From contig CAXRHT010000003.1 in NCBI GenBank assembly GCA_964230645.1, forward strand, positions 640,001 to 704,000: 64,000 nt of DNA. Direction: 5' to 3'. Shown one piece after another: positions 27,551-37,013 of the stretch (its first letter is position 1; each line of letters opens with the position of its first letter). The position numbers and the translations under genes are program-made. The DNA is from Bdellovibrionales bacterium. GTDB lineage: Bacteria; Bdellovibrionota; Bdellovibrionia; Bdellovibrionales; JAGQZY01. The notes under the pieces are model-generated. The model worked only from the letters and a program-made list of their open reading frames with translations, was not told the origin of the DNA and ran no database searches.

Positions 27551-29234
27551 GCATTCTTCCATTCAGGTTGACGCAAGTGTCGCCCACTATTTCAGTGGTC
27601 AGTGTAAGTACTATTACCTGCCACTTTATTCTGAAGTGCTCTTTAGTCCCTTATTAACCGAAGCGCTTGGAGCAAAAAACTTTGAACAAAGGCGGCTGGA
27701 AGGAATCAGAGCTTCTTTTGTAAAAGCACAAAAAGGGCACTACAGTCACATCAAAGTCCCTTTTGACCGCTTCGATACAGAGAAAATAGAATTGCTCACA
27801 AATTATTCGAAAGAATTCAATTTAGGCTTGGTTCTGCAAATTCCAACAAGTTTTCTCTATGATGAAGTTTTTTACAAGGCTCTCAAAGAAATGAGTCCTG
27901 ATTTTGAAGTCGAGTGGGTTCTTGATAACAATCACTACAAAGTAGAACCAAGACTGGGGGAGTTAACAGCTCATTTTAAAAACTGTCACCTTTCTATTGT
28001 GGTTCATAAGAGTCTGCAGTGGGACGAGTTATTAAGACCGACTCTGTTAAACTTTTTTAGTGAGGTTCACCTCTACTTCCCCTATCAACTCGCGATCAGC
28101 GAGCCTTATTTAAACTGCAAGCAAAGTCATAAAGTCCTAGGGCTCCTAAAGAAAAGACTCCCAAATATTAAATTTTTGCCTCCCAAAGGGGTGGACCTGT
28201 GGGACCGGAGGGCTCTGCACGATTTCGATATGGAGCCTTTCGTACTTCCTTGCTACGAAACAAAGTCTTCTAACCCTGATATCTCTTATTCTGTCATTAT
28301 TCCTACCTACAATAACCAGAACCATCTGCGTGTCGTCCTAAGGCATCTTTATCGACAGTCCGTGGGACTTGATAAATTTGAAGTCATTGTGGTCGATGAT
28401 GGGGGAACTGATCAGACTCAGGAATTGGTGATGGAGCTTTTAGATAGCTTTCCTGAGTCCATGAACTTTAAATACATCTTTTTTAAAAGAGCTCGCAAGC
28501 GGGTGATGGGTGACTCTCAATACCGTGCTGGCATTTCTAGAAACCTCGGAGTGAAAAACGCAGAAGGAGAGTACCTGTGCTTTCTTGATTCTGATATCGT
28601 GACTCCTTCAGGTTATCTAGAAAAAGTCGGGGAGGCTCTGGAGCAGTGGGGAGCCGTACAGGCTCGCCGGATTAATCTCTCCCACGACGCCAGTCATTTG
28701 GATCTAAATTACGAAGATGTCCGAGAAGACACCGATTGCATTCCTGACGAGAACTATTGGGAAGAGTTTATTAAAACAGAACAATGGCATGAACTTCCCT
28801 ATGCGTGGAAATATGTTTGTACCCACAGCTTCTCAATAAAAAAAGATGTGTTTTGGGAAGTGGGCGGATTAAAAAAGAATTTCATCTTTTACGGCTTTGA
28901 GGATACCGATCTTGGCTATAGGTTGGTAAAGGCCGGTTACAAGCTTCACCTGCTTGATGCCAGGGTTTATCATTTGTTTCATGAAAATACCCGATCAGAA
29001 TTTTTGAATTTAAAGTCTTTAAGGCATAATCTTTTAAGTCGAACCGCTCAGATATTTTATTTGCACCATTTGGATGAGGATATCTACGAAAACCTTTTAG
29101 GGTTTATGGAACCAGAGCCTACGTTTCATCGACTATTTCATCGCATGGTGCAAACATTGAGTTTGCAGTTTATATGGAGACCCGCTCCTAAGGTCTATAA
29201 CGTTAAGGCTCCGAGGAACAATCGAGGCCTATGA
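27474..29234 (+). CDS. Glycosyltransferase family 2 with ~250-aa N-terminal extra domain
   Basis: Motifs YSVIIPTYN, FEVIVVDDGGTD, SRNLG, FLDSD, VGGL...YGFEDTDLGYRL. Start possibly TTG near 27534. Confidence 0.9.
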   Translation: MSVRFIQNQSLGYEKIRIDSLQPNSKHSSIQVDASVAHYFSGQCKYYYLPLYSEVLFSPLLTEALGAKNFEQRRLEGIRASFVKAQKGHYSHIKVPFDRFDTEKIELLTNYSKEFNLGLVLQIPTSFLYDEVFYKALKEMSPDFEVEWVLDNNHYKVEPRLGELTAHFKNCHLSIVVHKSLQWDELLRPTLLNFFSEVHLYFPYQLAISEPYLNCKQSHKVLGLLKKRLPNIKFLPPKGVDLWDRRALHDFDMEPFVLPCYETKSSNPDISYSVIIPTYNNQNHLRVVLRHLYRQSVGLDKFEVIVVDDGGTDQTQELVMELLDSFPESMNFKYIFFKRARKRVMGDSQYRAGISRNLGVKNAEGEYLCFLDSDIVTPSGYLEKVGEALEQWGAVQARRINLSHDASHLDLNYEDVREDTDCIPDENYWEEFIKTEQWHELPYAWKYVCTHSFSIKKDVFWEVGGLKKNFIFYGFEDTDLGYRLVKAGYKLHLLDARVYHLFHENTRSEFLNLKSLRHNLLSRTAQIFYLHHLDEDIYENLLGFMEPEPTFHRLFHRMVQTLSLQFIWRPAPKVYNVKAPRNNRGL

Positions 29235-30508
29235 AAAGTTATAAGGAACTCATAGATCAGCAGCATTTTTGTGTCCTCCCCTTTATCCATGGAGCGACAC
29301 TCACCGATGGAGAGATGCCACTTTGTTGTGTGGCTGAGAATAGCTCTGGCGTTAATCTTAATGAGTCCACGCTGTCGGATCATTGGAATAGTGACTATCT
29401 CAAAAATGTTCGAAAAAAGATGTTAGCCAATATGCCCGTCAAGGACTGCCGGCGCTGTATCGAAGAAGATTCCAAAGGATACCGTTCTCACCGTAGTATT
29501 GAAAACAAAGCGTGGGCCGATAAACTCGGTGAAGAGAGATTAGAAGAGATCATTGCTAAGGTTGAAGATTCGGGGGAAACCCAAGCTGGAGTGATTGGCC
29601 TTGATCTTCGCTTGGGAAACACATGCAACCTTCAGTGTGTTATGTGCCAGCCAAGAGAGAGCTCTAAATGGCAAGGCGCGGGTAAAAAGTTTTTAAAAGA
29701 GCTAAAAAATATCAGTTTGAAGTACGAATGGCGTAACAAAAACAATATTCGTGTAGAAAAGTTTGAATGGTATCGTAATGAAAAATTTTGGGAAAACCTT
29801 AGGGAGTTCTTACCGACCCTTCGTGAGATAATCATCGGAGGCGGTGAGCCCATGCTCATCAAAGAACACTTGAAGTTTATCAAGGAGTGCGCGGAGTCGG
29901 GCCATGCCTCTCATATTCATTTACGCTATCACACCAATATGACTGTTTTCCCAGAAGAAATGATCCCTTATTGGGAAAAGTTTGAGAGAGTGGAGTTTTT
30001 TACATCTGTAGACGGCATGGAGGAGGTGGGGCACTATGTGCGCTACCCGGCGAATTGGGATCTTGTCGAAAAAAATATGCGTAAAATCGATGAGCTCGGC
30101 GAAAACATTTGGTTACGACTTCTCTATTCTGTGAATGCTTTAAATGTTCATCATCTTCCTGATTTTTTACGATGGGTGAAGGCTCAGAACTTTAAGAAAC
30201 AAGAGGCCTTTGAGACCATGCAAAGCTTTGTCCACCCGGGAATTGTGCACTGGCCCAATTATCTTAATATTAAAGTCCTTCCCCATGAGTACAAAGAAAG
30301 GGTCACTAGGGACTGGTTACAGTTGAGAAATGAACTGGGCAGTGAGCCCTTTGACAAATACCAAGGTATTCTTCAAATAATGAACTCTGAGGACTGGAGT
30401 TCTAAAATACCCCAATTGCGTGATTATGTGAGAGCCTTGGATAAAACTAGAGGGACAGACTTCTATGAGGTCTTTCCTGATTTGAGTGAGTCACTTTTAA
30501 GTGTTTAA
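29231..30508 (+). CDS. Twitch-domain (N-terminal) radical SAM protein
   Basis: N-terminal FCVLPF..CC..CRRC; core LGNTCNLQCVMC; GGEP; SVDG...YVRYP. Confidence 0.9.
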   Translation: MKSYKELIDQQHFCVLPFIHGATLTDGEMPLCCVAENSSGVNLNESTLSDHWNSDYLKNVRKKMLANMPVKDCRRCIEEDSKGYRSHRSIENKAWADKLGEERLEEIIAKVEDSGETQAGVIGLDLRLGNTCNLQCVMCQPRESSKWQGAGKKFLKELKNISLKYEWRNKNNIRVEKFEWYRNEKFWENLREFLPTLREIIIGGGEPMLIKEHLKFIKECAESGHASHIHLRYHTNMTVFPEEMIPYWEKFERVEFFTSVDGMEEVGHYVRYPANWDLVEKNMRKIDELGENIWLRLLYSVNALNVHHLPDFLRWVKAQNFKKQEAFETMQSFVHPGIVHWPNYLNIKVLPHEYKERVTRDWLQLRNELGSEPFDKYQGILQIMNSEDWSSKIPQLRDYVRALDKTRGTDFYEVFPDLSESLLSV

Positions 30509-31871
30509 GTATCTAAATATGAAAGAGTATTCGAAAACATTTTGCGTTTATCCGTGGATCCAGCAGCAAACCACTCCGACTGGAAAAATTAACTTTTGTT
30601 GTATTTCCATGCACACCTTCGTGCCCAAAGAAGATGGCAAACCGATGATGCTTGATAAAGAAACGTTTAAAGACGCATGGAACTCTGGCTATATGCGAGA
30701 CATTCGTAAGAAGATGATTAACGGTGAAGCGGTGACAGGTTGTGAAACCTGTTACGAGCAGGAAAAGGTGGGTAAAAAAAGTTACCGCCAGGGTCACAAT
30801 GAGGAGTGGAGTCGCAAAGTTGGCAAAAAAGTTCTGGAAGAACGTGTGGAAAAGTCCATCGAGTCAAATTTCCATGTGGATGAACCTCCCATGTATTTGG
30901 ATTTGCGTTTAGGTAATCTGTGCAACTTAAAATGCCGAATGTGCAATCCCTATAACAGTGTCCAGATTCAAAAGGAGTGGGAGAAGTTAGACGCAAAAAG
31001 CGACAAGCAATATTCCAAATTTTGGAACAAGTACGGCCTCGAATATGGTGGCTGCACTCCATGGTATGAAAGTGAAAACTTCTGGAAGGGTGTGGAGGAA
31101 AATATTCCCTACCTCGAAAAGGTCTATATGACTGGCGGAGAGCCCACCTTGATAGAGGGCAATTACCATTTTCTTAATCGCTGTCGAGAGCTGGGTTACG
31201 CTGACAAAATTGAACTGTTCTTTAATATCAATTTCACCAATCTTAAAGATGAATTTATAGAGCAGCTCAGAGATTTTAAATGGACCAGCGTGAATGCAAG
31301 CCTTGATGGCTACGGGATCGTGAACGATTACATTCGAGCCCCCAGTCGATTTGCAATGATCGATAAAAACTTTAGAAAAATGGCTCGGGAGGGGGGCACT
31401 CGTTTAGCCCTTGGTATTAGCCCCGTTATACAAATTTATAACATTTTAAATATTGTGGACCTTCTGGAGTATTCCGAAGAGGTGGGCCAGGAAGCGAATC
31501 GAGAAATACTCGTCGACTTTCTTTTTTGCCTCCATCCTGATTTCCTGGATGTCATTCATTTACCAGATAATATAAAGCAAGAAGCTCTTCAGCGTCTTGA
31601 GGAGTACAAACAAACCTCGAAGGCCTACAAATCAAAGTCTAAAACATCGTTTTTTCTCACCAATGGTGTCGATAGTCTCGTCACTCGCCTTGAGAAGTCC
31701 ATGGGGGAAGAAAACCCAGAAATGGTCAATGACTTTATCAAATACACTAAAACTCTTGATAAAGAGCGCCGTCAAAGCTTTGAAGAAACCCTACCGGAAC
31801 TCCACTTCCTGCTGGAAGAGGCGGGGTATAACTTCGATGACACTGCGGCGATGACCGAAGCTTCCTCTTGA
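30501..31871 (+). CDS. Twitch-domain (N-terminal) radical SAM protein, paralog of the preceding gene
   Basis: FCVYPW..CC..CETC; LGNLCNLKCRMC; TGGEP; ASLDG...YIRAP. Confidence 0.9.
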   Translation: MFKYLNMKEYSKTFCVYPWIQQQTTPTGKINFCCISMHTFVPKEDGKPMMLDKETFKDAWNSGYMRDIRKKMINGEAVTGCETCYEQEKVGKKSYRQGHNEEWSRKVGKKVLEERVEKSIESNFHVDEPPMYLDLRLGNLCNLKCRMCNPYNSVQIQKEWEKLDAKSDKQYSKFWNKYGLEYGGCTPWYESENFWKGVEENIPYLEKVYMTGGEPTLIEGNYHFLNRCRELGYADKIELFFNINFTNLKDEFIEQLRDFKWTSVNASLDGYGIVNDYIRAPSRFAMIDKNFRKMAREGGTRLALGISPVIQIYNILNIVDLLEYSEEVGQEANREILVDFLFCLHPDFLDVIHLPDNIKQEALQRLEEYKQTSKAYKSKSKTSFFLTNGVDSLVTRLEKSMGEENPEMVNDFIKYTKTLDKERRQSFEETLPELHFLLEEAGYNFDDTAAMTEASS

Positions 31872-32014
31872 TTCTTCTAAAGCTTATAGGCTTTCCTTAT
31901 AATCCCCAATCAACATTATTACTATATTGGCTAAGTCTTATGGTACGGATTAAATTTTCTAGGATTCTTTTTAGATCTTTTTTCATTTAGGGTAATTTTT
32001 GAGGTTTTAGTAAA

Positions 32015-33211
32015 ATGGAAAAAGAAAAGTTACGTTCAAACATTCAGAAAGTTTTTTGGCTCAACGCTTTTTTTAGCTTCATGGTTTTGATGCCAGTTAT
32101 AGTGCCTTTCTTTGAAAGTCGTGGTTTGGATATGAAGCAAATCTATGAACTTCAAGCCATTTTCGCTTTTATTGTTCTTATTTTGGAAGTTCCTTCCGGC
32201 TATGTCTCTGACCTTTTGGGTCGGCGCAAAACCTTGATGACGGCTTGTAGTTTTCACAGTCTTGGCTTTGCGACAATGGCCTTGTCGGAAAATTTCAATC
32301 ATATGATTTTAGCTGAGGTGTTTTTAGCACTAGCGATCAGTTTGTTTTCGGGAACAGACCTTTCTTTGCTTTATGACTCCATTGAAGCTCTTGGAGAAAA
32401 AATGGCTCCCATTAAAATGGTGGGGCGAAATGTGTTCTTTCGCCAAGGAGGTGAAAGTGTAGCCGGGCTTCTTGGAGGCTGGCTTGTACTTTTTCATTTT
32501 GAAGCTCCTGCGGTGGCTCAAGCCTTTGTAGGAATTATTCCTTTAGGAATTGCTTATACACTGTATGAACCACCGAGAATCACAATGAAGGGGAGAAAGC
32601 ACCGAGAGAACTTCAGCTATATTTTCACATCTTTGTTTAGAAACTCGAAAATTCTAAACCTTATACTGATAAACGGTATCTTTTATAGTTTCGTCACACT
32701 CGTGGCTGTGTGGAGTTTTCAAAAATATTGGCAATCTCTTGATGTCTCTCTTTTCTGGTTTGGTTACCTTTGGTTTGCCATTAATATTGTGGTGGGGCTT
32801 GTAGGTAGGCAGGCTCATAAAGTGGAAAAACGTTTAGGAACCGAAATTACATTGGTCCTTATCGGTCTTCTACCAATTATCGGTTTTTTCGGAATGTCGT
32901 GGATGACCGGAGTTTTGGGAATCGCTTTTTGTTTTAGCTTTCAGGTTTGTCGAGGACTGAATTCAGTTATTTTCGCCGACGCTCTTAATAAAAGAGTTAA
33001 AGGGGATATGAGAGCCACCGCGAACTCTATAATGGGTCTGGGAACGCGTATTCTTATGATTGGTATTGGACCACTCGTTGGTAGTCAAATTGATGCCAAG
33101 GGATTAGATGTGACTTATGAAGGCTTAGGAATTCTTTATATCGGAGTTTTTGTTTTTTTACTCTTTCCATTACTCCGTTTAAGAAAGCAGTTTGCGCCAA
33201 TTCCAGGTTAG
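32015..33211 (+). CDS. MFS transporter
   Basis: About 12 hydrophobic helices; LEVPSGYVSDLLGRRK (motif A); RATANS. Confidence 0.92.
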   Translation: MEKEKLRSNIQKVFWLNAFFSFMVLMPVIVPFFESRGLDMKQIYELQAIFAFIVLILEVPSGYVSDLLGRRKTLMTACSFHSLGFATMALSENFNHMILAEVFLALAISLFSGTDLSLLYDSIEALGEKMAPIKMVGRNVFFRQGGESVAGLLGGWLVLFHFEAPAVAQAFVGIIPLGIAYTLYEPPRITMKGRKHRENFSYIFTSLFRNSKILNLILINGIFYSFVTLVAVWSFQKYWQSLDVSLFWFGYLWFAINIVVGLVGRQAHKVEKRLGTEITLVLIGLLPIIGFFGMSWMTGVLGIAFCFSFQVCRGLNSVIFADALNKRVKGDMRATANSIMGLGTRILMIGIGPLVGSQIDAKGLDVTYEGLGILYIGVFVFLLFPLLRLRKQFAPIPG

Positions 33212-34233
33212 AGAAGGTTCTGGCCTTTTTCCATTTTTCGACTCTCTTGGGTCTGCCTTTGAATTTCACTGGTCTCACTGGAGATATCAATGAAATCGGG
33301 CTCGCTGAAGCTCGATGGGTTTTCCTCTGTCTTTTTTGTGGGAGTGGTATGAGCCTCCGTTTTTGATATTTCAAGAGGGTTGGCAAAAACAATTTCACGG
33401 GCATCATCAGGCATAGACACTTGCGCGGCCATTAAGTCTTCTTTCACCGCCTGAATGACGATTGATCTTATCTTAATAAGAGAATGATCAACGGCATTGA
33501 ACCAAAAATAAACTTTTAAGTTAACCGTGGCTGAGCCGAGGTTTTCAACACAGACTAAGGGGGCAGGGTCTTGAAGAATCATTTCGGAAAAGCCCTCAAG
33601 CCTTTTGAGAATTATTTCCCTAACTTTGTTTATGGAGTCTTCATAACCGATCCCAACAGTGAAGTTGGTGCGCATTTTTGGATTGTTAGTGAAGTTTTTA
33701 ATGGTGGTTGAGTAAACATCCGCATTGGGTATTGAGATGTTGTTGCCGTCAAGGTCCATGATAAGAGTACTTCTTGAGTTCACTCCTTGAACCACACCCT
33801 CGCGTCCGTTGATTTCCACGAAATCACCGACTCGAAAGACTTTGCGAAGGCTCAAAATGATTCCTGCGATATAATTTTCAAAAGTCCCTCGGAGAGCCAG
33901 CCCAAGCCCAAGCCCTAGAACCCCGGTTCCTCCAACGAGTGTGAAAGCAAGCCCCGTGAGACCACTTGTTCTCAGTGATAAAAATAGACCTAAAAGAAAA
34001 AATACGAGAAAGAAAACATTGGTGATCGCTCTTACGGCCAAAGGGTTTGTGCCCTTACTAATGAGTCTCTTTTTAAGAAGTTGCCTAATGAACCATGCCA
34101 CTAGCAAAAAGACGGTAAAGACTAGGATGGCCGATAGGATATAGGGAAGGTGTTTTATAAACCCTTTAGAAATTTCTTCGAATTCAACGAGAGCGGGGGC
34201 GAAAAGATCATCCCCTGATTTTAAGTTTTCCAT
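33208..34233 (-). CDS. MscS-family small-conductance mechanosensitive channel
   Basis: Three TM helices; ENYIAG, FRVGDFVEI, IPNA, VGIGYED. Confidence 0.92.
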   Translation of the reverse strand: MENLKSGDDLFAPALVEFEEISKGFIKHLPYILSAILVFTVFLLVAWFIRQLLKKRLISKGTNPLAVRAITNVFFLVFFLLGLFLSLRTSGLTGLAFTLVGGTGVLGLGLGLALRGTFENYIAGIILSLRKVFRVGDFVEINGREGVVQGVNSRSTLIMDLDGNNISIPNADVYSTTIKNFTNNPKMRTNFTVGIGYEDSINKVREIILKRLEGFSEMILQDPAPLVCVENLGSATVNLKVYFWFNAVDHSLIKIRSIVIQAVKEDLMAAQVSMPDDAREIVFANPLEISKTEAHTTPTKKTEENPSSFSEPDFIDISSETSEIQRQTQESRKMEKGQNLL

Positions 34234-34367
34234 AAATAAGATTTTTTAAAGGGTCACCATTTTCATATTTTGCTCCGTAGGGGCGTTGATCTTGTCTCCT
34301 GTGAGATCGTTTTAGTTTTGAAGATCATTATCTCACTAGCAAGACTTCCAAAAACAAAAACCCAGCC

Positions 34368-35441
34368 CTATCCTAGGGTTCCAGTGGACACATCTTGCTT
34401 ATCGGGGCGGCCTTTGTAAAGGGATGTTAGCTGACCACAGGCAGCAAAGATGTCGCGCCCCATAGTGCGTCGTATGGTGACGTGAAAGCCCTTATCCAAA
34501 AGGTAACGCTGGAATTGGAACACACGGGAACGAGGCGGTCTTTGATAACCGGAATCGGGGTGTTCGTTAAAGGGGATAAGATTGACTTTACAGGGCACAT
34601 CTTTAATCAGTTGTGCCACTTGCTTAGCGTGATCAATGTGATCAGTGACGTCTTTTAAAAGAACATACTCAAAAGTAATCCGATCTCTTGTGATCTCTGC
34701 GTGGTCTTTACAGGCTTCCATAAGCTGAGAGAGAGGATATTTTTTATTGATCGGCATAATGTCGTTACGGATTTCATCATTGGGTGCATTAAGACTGATC
34801 GCAAGACGTGTCCCCGATTGGGTGACGAGTGGAATCTGAGGGACCAACCCTGAAGTTGAAACCGTAATCTTTTTACGACCCACGTTGAGTCCATAATCGG
34901 ATTTAAAAATCTCGATGGCATCAAAGACAGCCTTAGTATTGTCGAGTGGCTCACCCATCCCCATAAAAACGATATTGCTGATGCGTTTATCACCCATATC
35001 TCTTTTTACTTGCAGAAACTGACCCACGATCTCACCAGCCGTAAGCCGTCTTTTTAGTTTTTGCTTTCCAGTAAAACAAAACTTACAGGCCATATTGCAG
35101 CCCACTTCGGAAGAAAGACAAAGAGTCATGCGGTCGTCAGATGGAATCATCACCGCTTCCACAGTTTTGAAATCACCAATATCAAAAAGGTATTTACGTG
35201 TCCCATCCACACTAATGCGACGATCCACCATTTTGGGAAGATTAAAGTCGAAATAGTCAAAAAGGCGCCTGCGGAATTCCTTAGAGATATTTGTCATCTG
35301 CTCAGGATCGAGCACTTCTTTTTCGTAGACCCATTTAAAAATCTGCTGAGCCCGAAACTTCTCTTTCCCAAGCCCCATAAAGTGCTCTTGAAGCGCAGGC
35401 AGAGTCATCGAATAAAAATCAGCTTTCTGGGTAGTTTCCAT
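34368..35441 (-). CDS. rlmN: 23S rRNA (A2503)/tRNA C2-methyltransferase RlmN
   Basis: Motifs CLSSEVGCNMACKFCFTG, NIVFMGMGEP, VNLIPFN, DIFAACGQL. Confidence 0.97.
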   Translation of the reverse strand: METTQKADFYSMTLPALQEHFMGLGKEKFRAQQIFKWVYEKEVLDPEQMTNISKEFRRRLFDYFDFNLPKMVDRRISVDGTRKYLFDIGDFKTVEAVMIPSDDRMTLCLSSEVGCNMACKFCFTGKQKLKRRLTAGEIVGQFLQVKRDMGDKRISNIVFMGMGEPLDNTKAVFDAIEIFKSDYGLNVGRKKITVSTSGLVPQIPLVTQSGTRLAISLNAPNDEIRNDIMPINKKYPLSQLMEACKDHAEITRDRITFEYVLLKDVTDHIDHAKQVAQLIKDVPCKVNLIPFNEHPDSGYQRPPRSRVFQFQRYLLDKGFHVTIRRTMGRDIFAACGQLTSLYKGRPDKQDVSTGTLG

Positions 35442-35713
35442 AGCTTGGACCTAACACAACCGCACTATTTCTGGCTACAACCATTATAAAAATGCCATAA
35501 ATGTACAAAATAACGACTGAATCCCTCTTTAGCCACCATGTACCTAATAGAAGCTAAACCTACAGAGTAAACGAGGGCTGTGAAATCGAAACGGTCAGCT
35601 TGACCATGGATCAACGCCTCTAAGAGCCTAAATCCCGCCAAAATTTATGAGATTTTTTAATTAATAACCCTTCCCACCCTAGAGTAACTAAAGAAGTCTC
35701 AATCGATCCACGA

Positions 35714-35843
35714 TAGGGAATTTGGGAGAATATGGGCAGAAAATAAACCTCCTAAAAGCGGACGCGTTTTCGGCCAAAGGGCGAAATTTAGGTTAGGCAG
35801 GAGCCGCGGTTTATTTTCTGCCCATATTCTCCCAAATTCCCTA
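35714..35843. repeat. Perfect 36-bp inverted repeat with 58-bp spacer (MITE/REPIN-like hairpin)
   Basis: TAGGGAATTTGGGAGAATATGGGCAGAAAATAAACC (35714-35749) is the exact reverse complement of 35808-35843. Confidence 0.92.
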
Positions 35844-35876
35844 ACGAGGACCCTCGATCGAGCGAACCCCCCAGTT

Positions 35877-36878
35877 CTAGAGCTGCTCCAACGACTCACG
35901 CAGCTCAGAAAGCTGACAAGCCACCGCCCCAACGTGCCCAACAACCACACCAGCCGCCATATTAGCAAAAAAGGCCGATTCCCGAAGCTCCCAGCCAGCC
36001 CCCATTCCAAGAGAATAGGCGGCGATAACGGTATCTCCAGCTCCCGTGACATCAAAGACCTTTTTGGCAAAGGTAGGGAGGTGAAAAGTTCCTTGGTCAT
36101 CGAAGATTTTCACTCCCTCAGGGCCAAGGGTAATTACCATTTGAGGTGCCTCAATGGACTTCATGAGTTCTAATCCAATGGCGTCCACATTCTCCCAAAT
36201 TTCAGGTTTAGGGATTTGCTTAGCAAGCTCTAAGGCTTCGTCTCGGTTAGGGGTCATAAAATGAGCACCCTTATAGGCTTTAAGAGCGGTGCTGCGGTAG
36301 GGATCGACAAGAACGGGTTTACCGAGGCTTTTAGCTTTTTCGATCACCCACTGAGAGGTGTATTCGTTGATAAGTCCTTTAGCGTAATCTTGAATGATAA
36401 CCCCATCACAGAGCTTCATTTGTTCTTCTATTTTTCCTGCGTATTGATCAAGGAGGTCCTTGGAAACAGCTTTCTTCGATTCATAATCCACACGCACGAT
36501 GTGGTGGTGCCCCGTCATGACTCGCAATTTGCTCGTGGTTTGGCGACTGGGATCGACCATCAAGAAATCCGGTGAAATTTCACTTTGTTTAAGAAGATCT
36601 TTGAGACTCTCTGCGTTCTGATCCTCTCCAATGGTGGAAAAAAGAAGGGGCTCTCCCCCGAGAGACTTCACATTGGCAGCCACGTTCCCTGAAAGGCCTA
36701 GCTTCTTGTCAGTGCCGTCCACTTCAAGTACGGGAACAGGAGCCTCGGGGCTAATTCGACTGACCTGTCCTTTGACGTATTCGTCGATACCAATATCGCC
36801 AAAAATAAAGATTTTTTTTCCCTCTATTTGAGTGAGGTTTCCTAGCAGATTTTTACTCATTTGTTTTAAGTCGACCAT
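35877..36878 (-). CDS. rfaE1: D-glycero-beta-D-manno-heptose-7-phosphate kinase (RfaE domain I / HldA)
   Basis: Motifs RISPEAPVPV, GNVAANV, QDYAKG, TPNRDEA, VFDVTGAGDTV. Confidence 0.92.
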   Translation of the reverse strand: MVDLKQMSKNLLGNLTQIEGKKIFIFGDIGIDEYVKGQVSRISPEAPVPVLEVDGTDKKLGLSGNVAANVKSLGGEPLLFSTIGEDQNAESLKDLLKQSEISPDFLMVDPSRQTTSKLRVMTGHHHIVRVDYESKKAVSKDLLDQYAGKIEEQMKLCDGVIIQDYAKGLINEYTSQWVIEKAKSLGKPVLVDPYRSTALKAYKGAHFMTPNRDEALELAKQIPKPEIWENVDAIGLELMKSIEAPQMVITLGPEGVKIFDDQGTFHLPTFAKKVFDVTGAGDTVIAAYSLGMGAGWELRESAFFANMAAGVVVGHVGAVACQLSELRESLEQL

Positions 36879-37013
36879 CTCTCGTGTATAGCGGTTTTAG
36901 GGCCATAAAGCGAGGCCCTCGCCCTATTTCGATGACGCAGGATAGATACTGTGCGCTATCAGTTGAGATCGACAAGAGCGGAGGGGATGATGTACTAACT
37001 TTGCAAATTTTTA

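Noticed and set aside
24873..31871. RiPP cluster or prophage origin for the radical SAM/GT operon
   Set aside because: No precursor peptide, RRE/PqqD, peptidase, integrase or phage structural gene is visible in the window
35699..36100. 133-aa ORF crossing the inverted repeat; likewise 62071-62382 and 62346-62540
   Set aside because: Artefacts of stop-poor repeat DNA overlapping real genes
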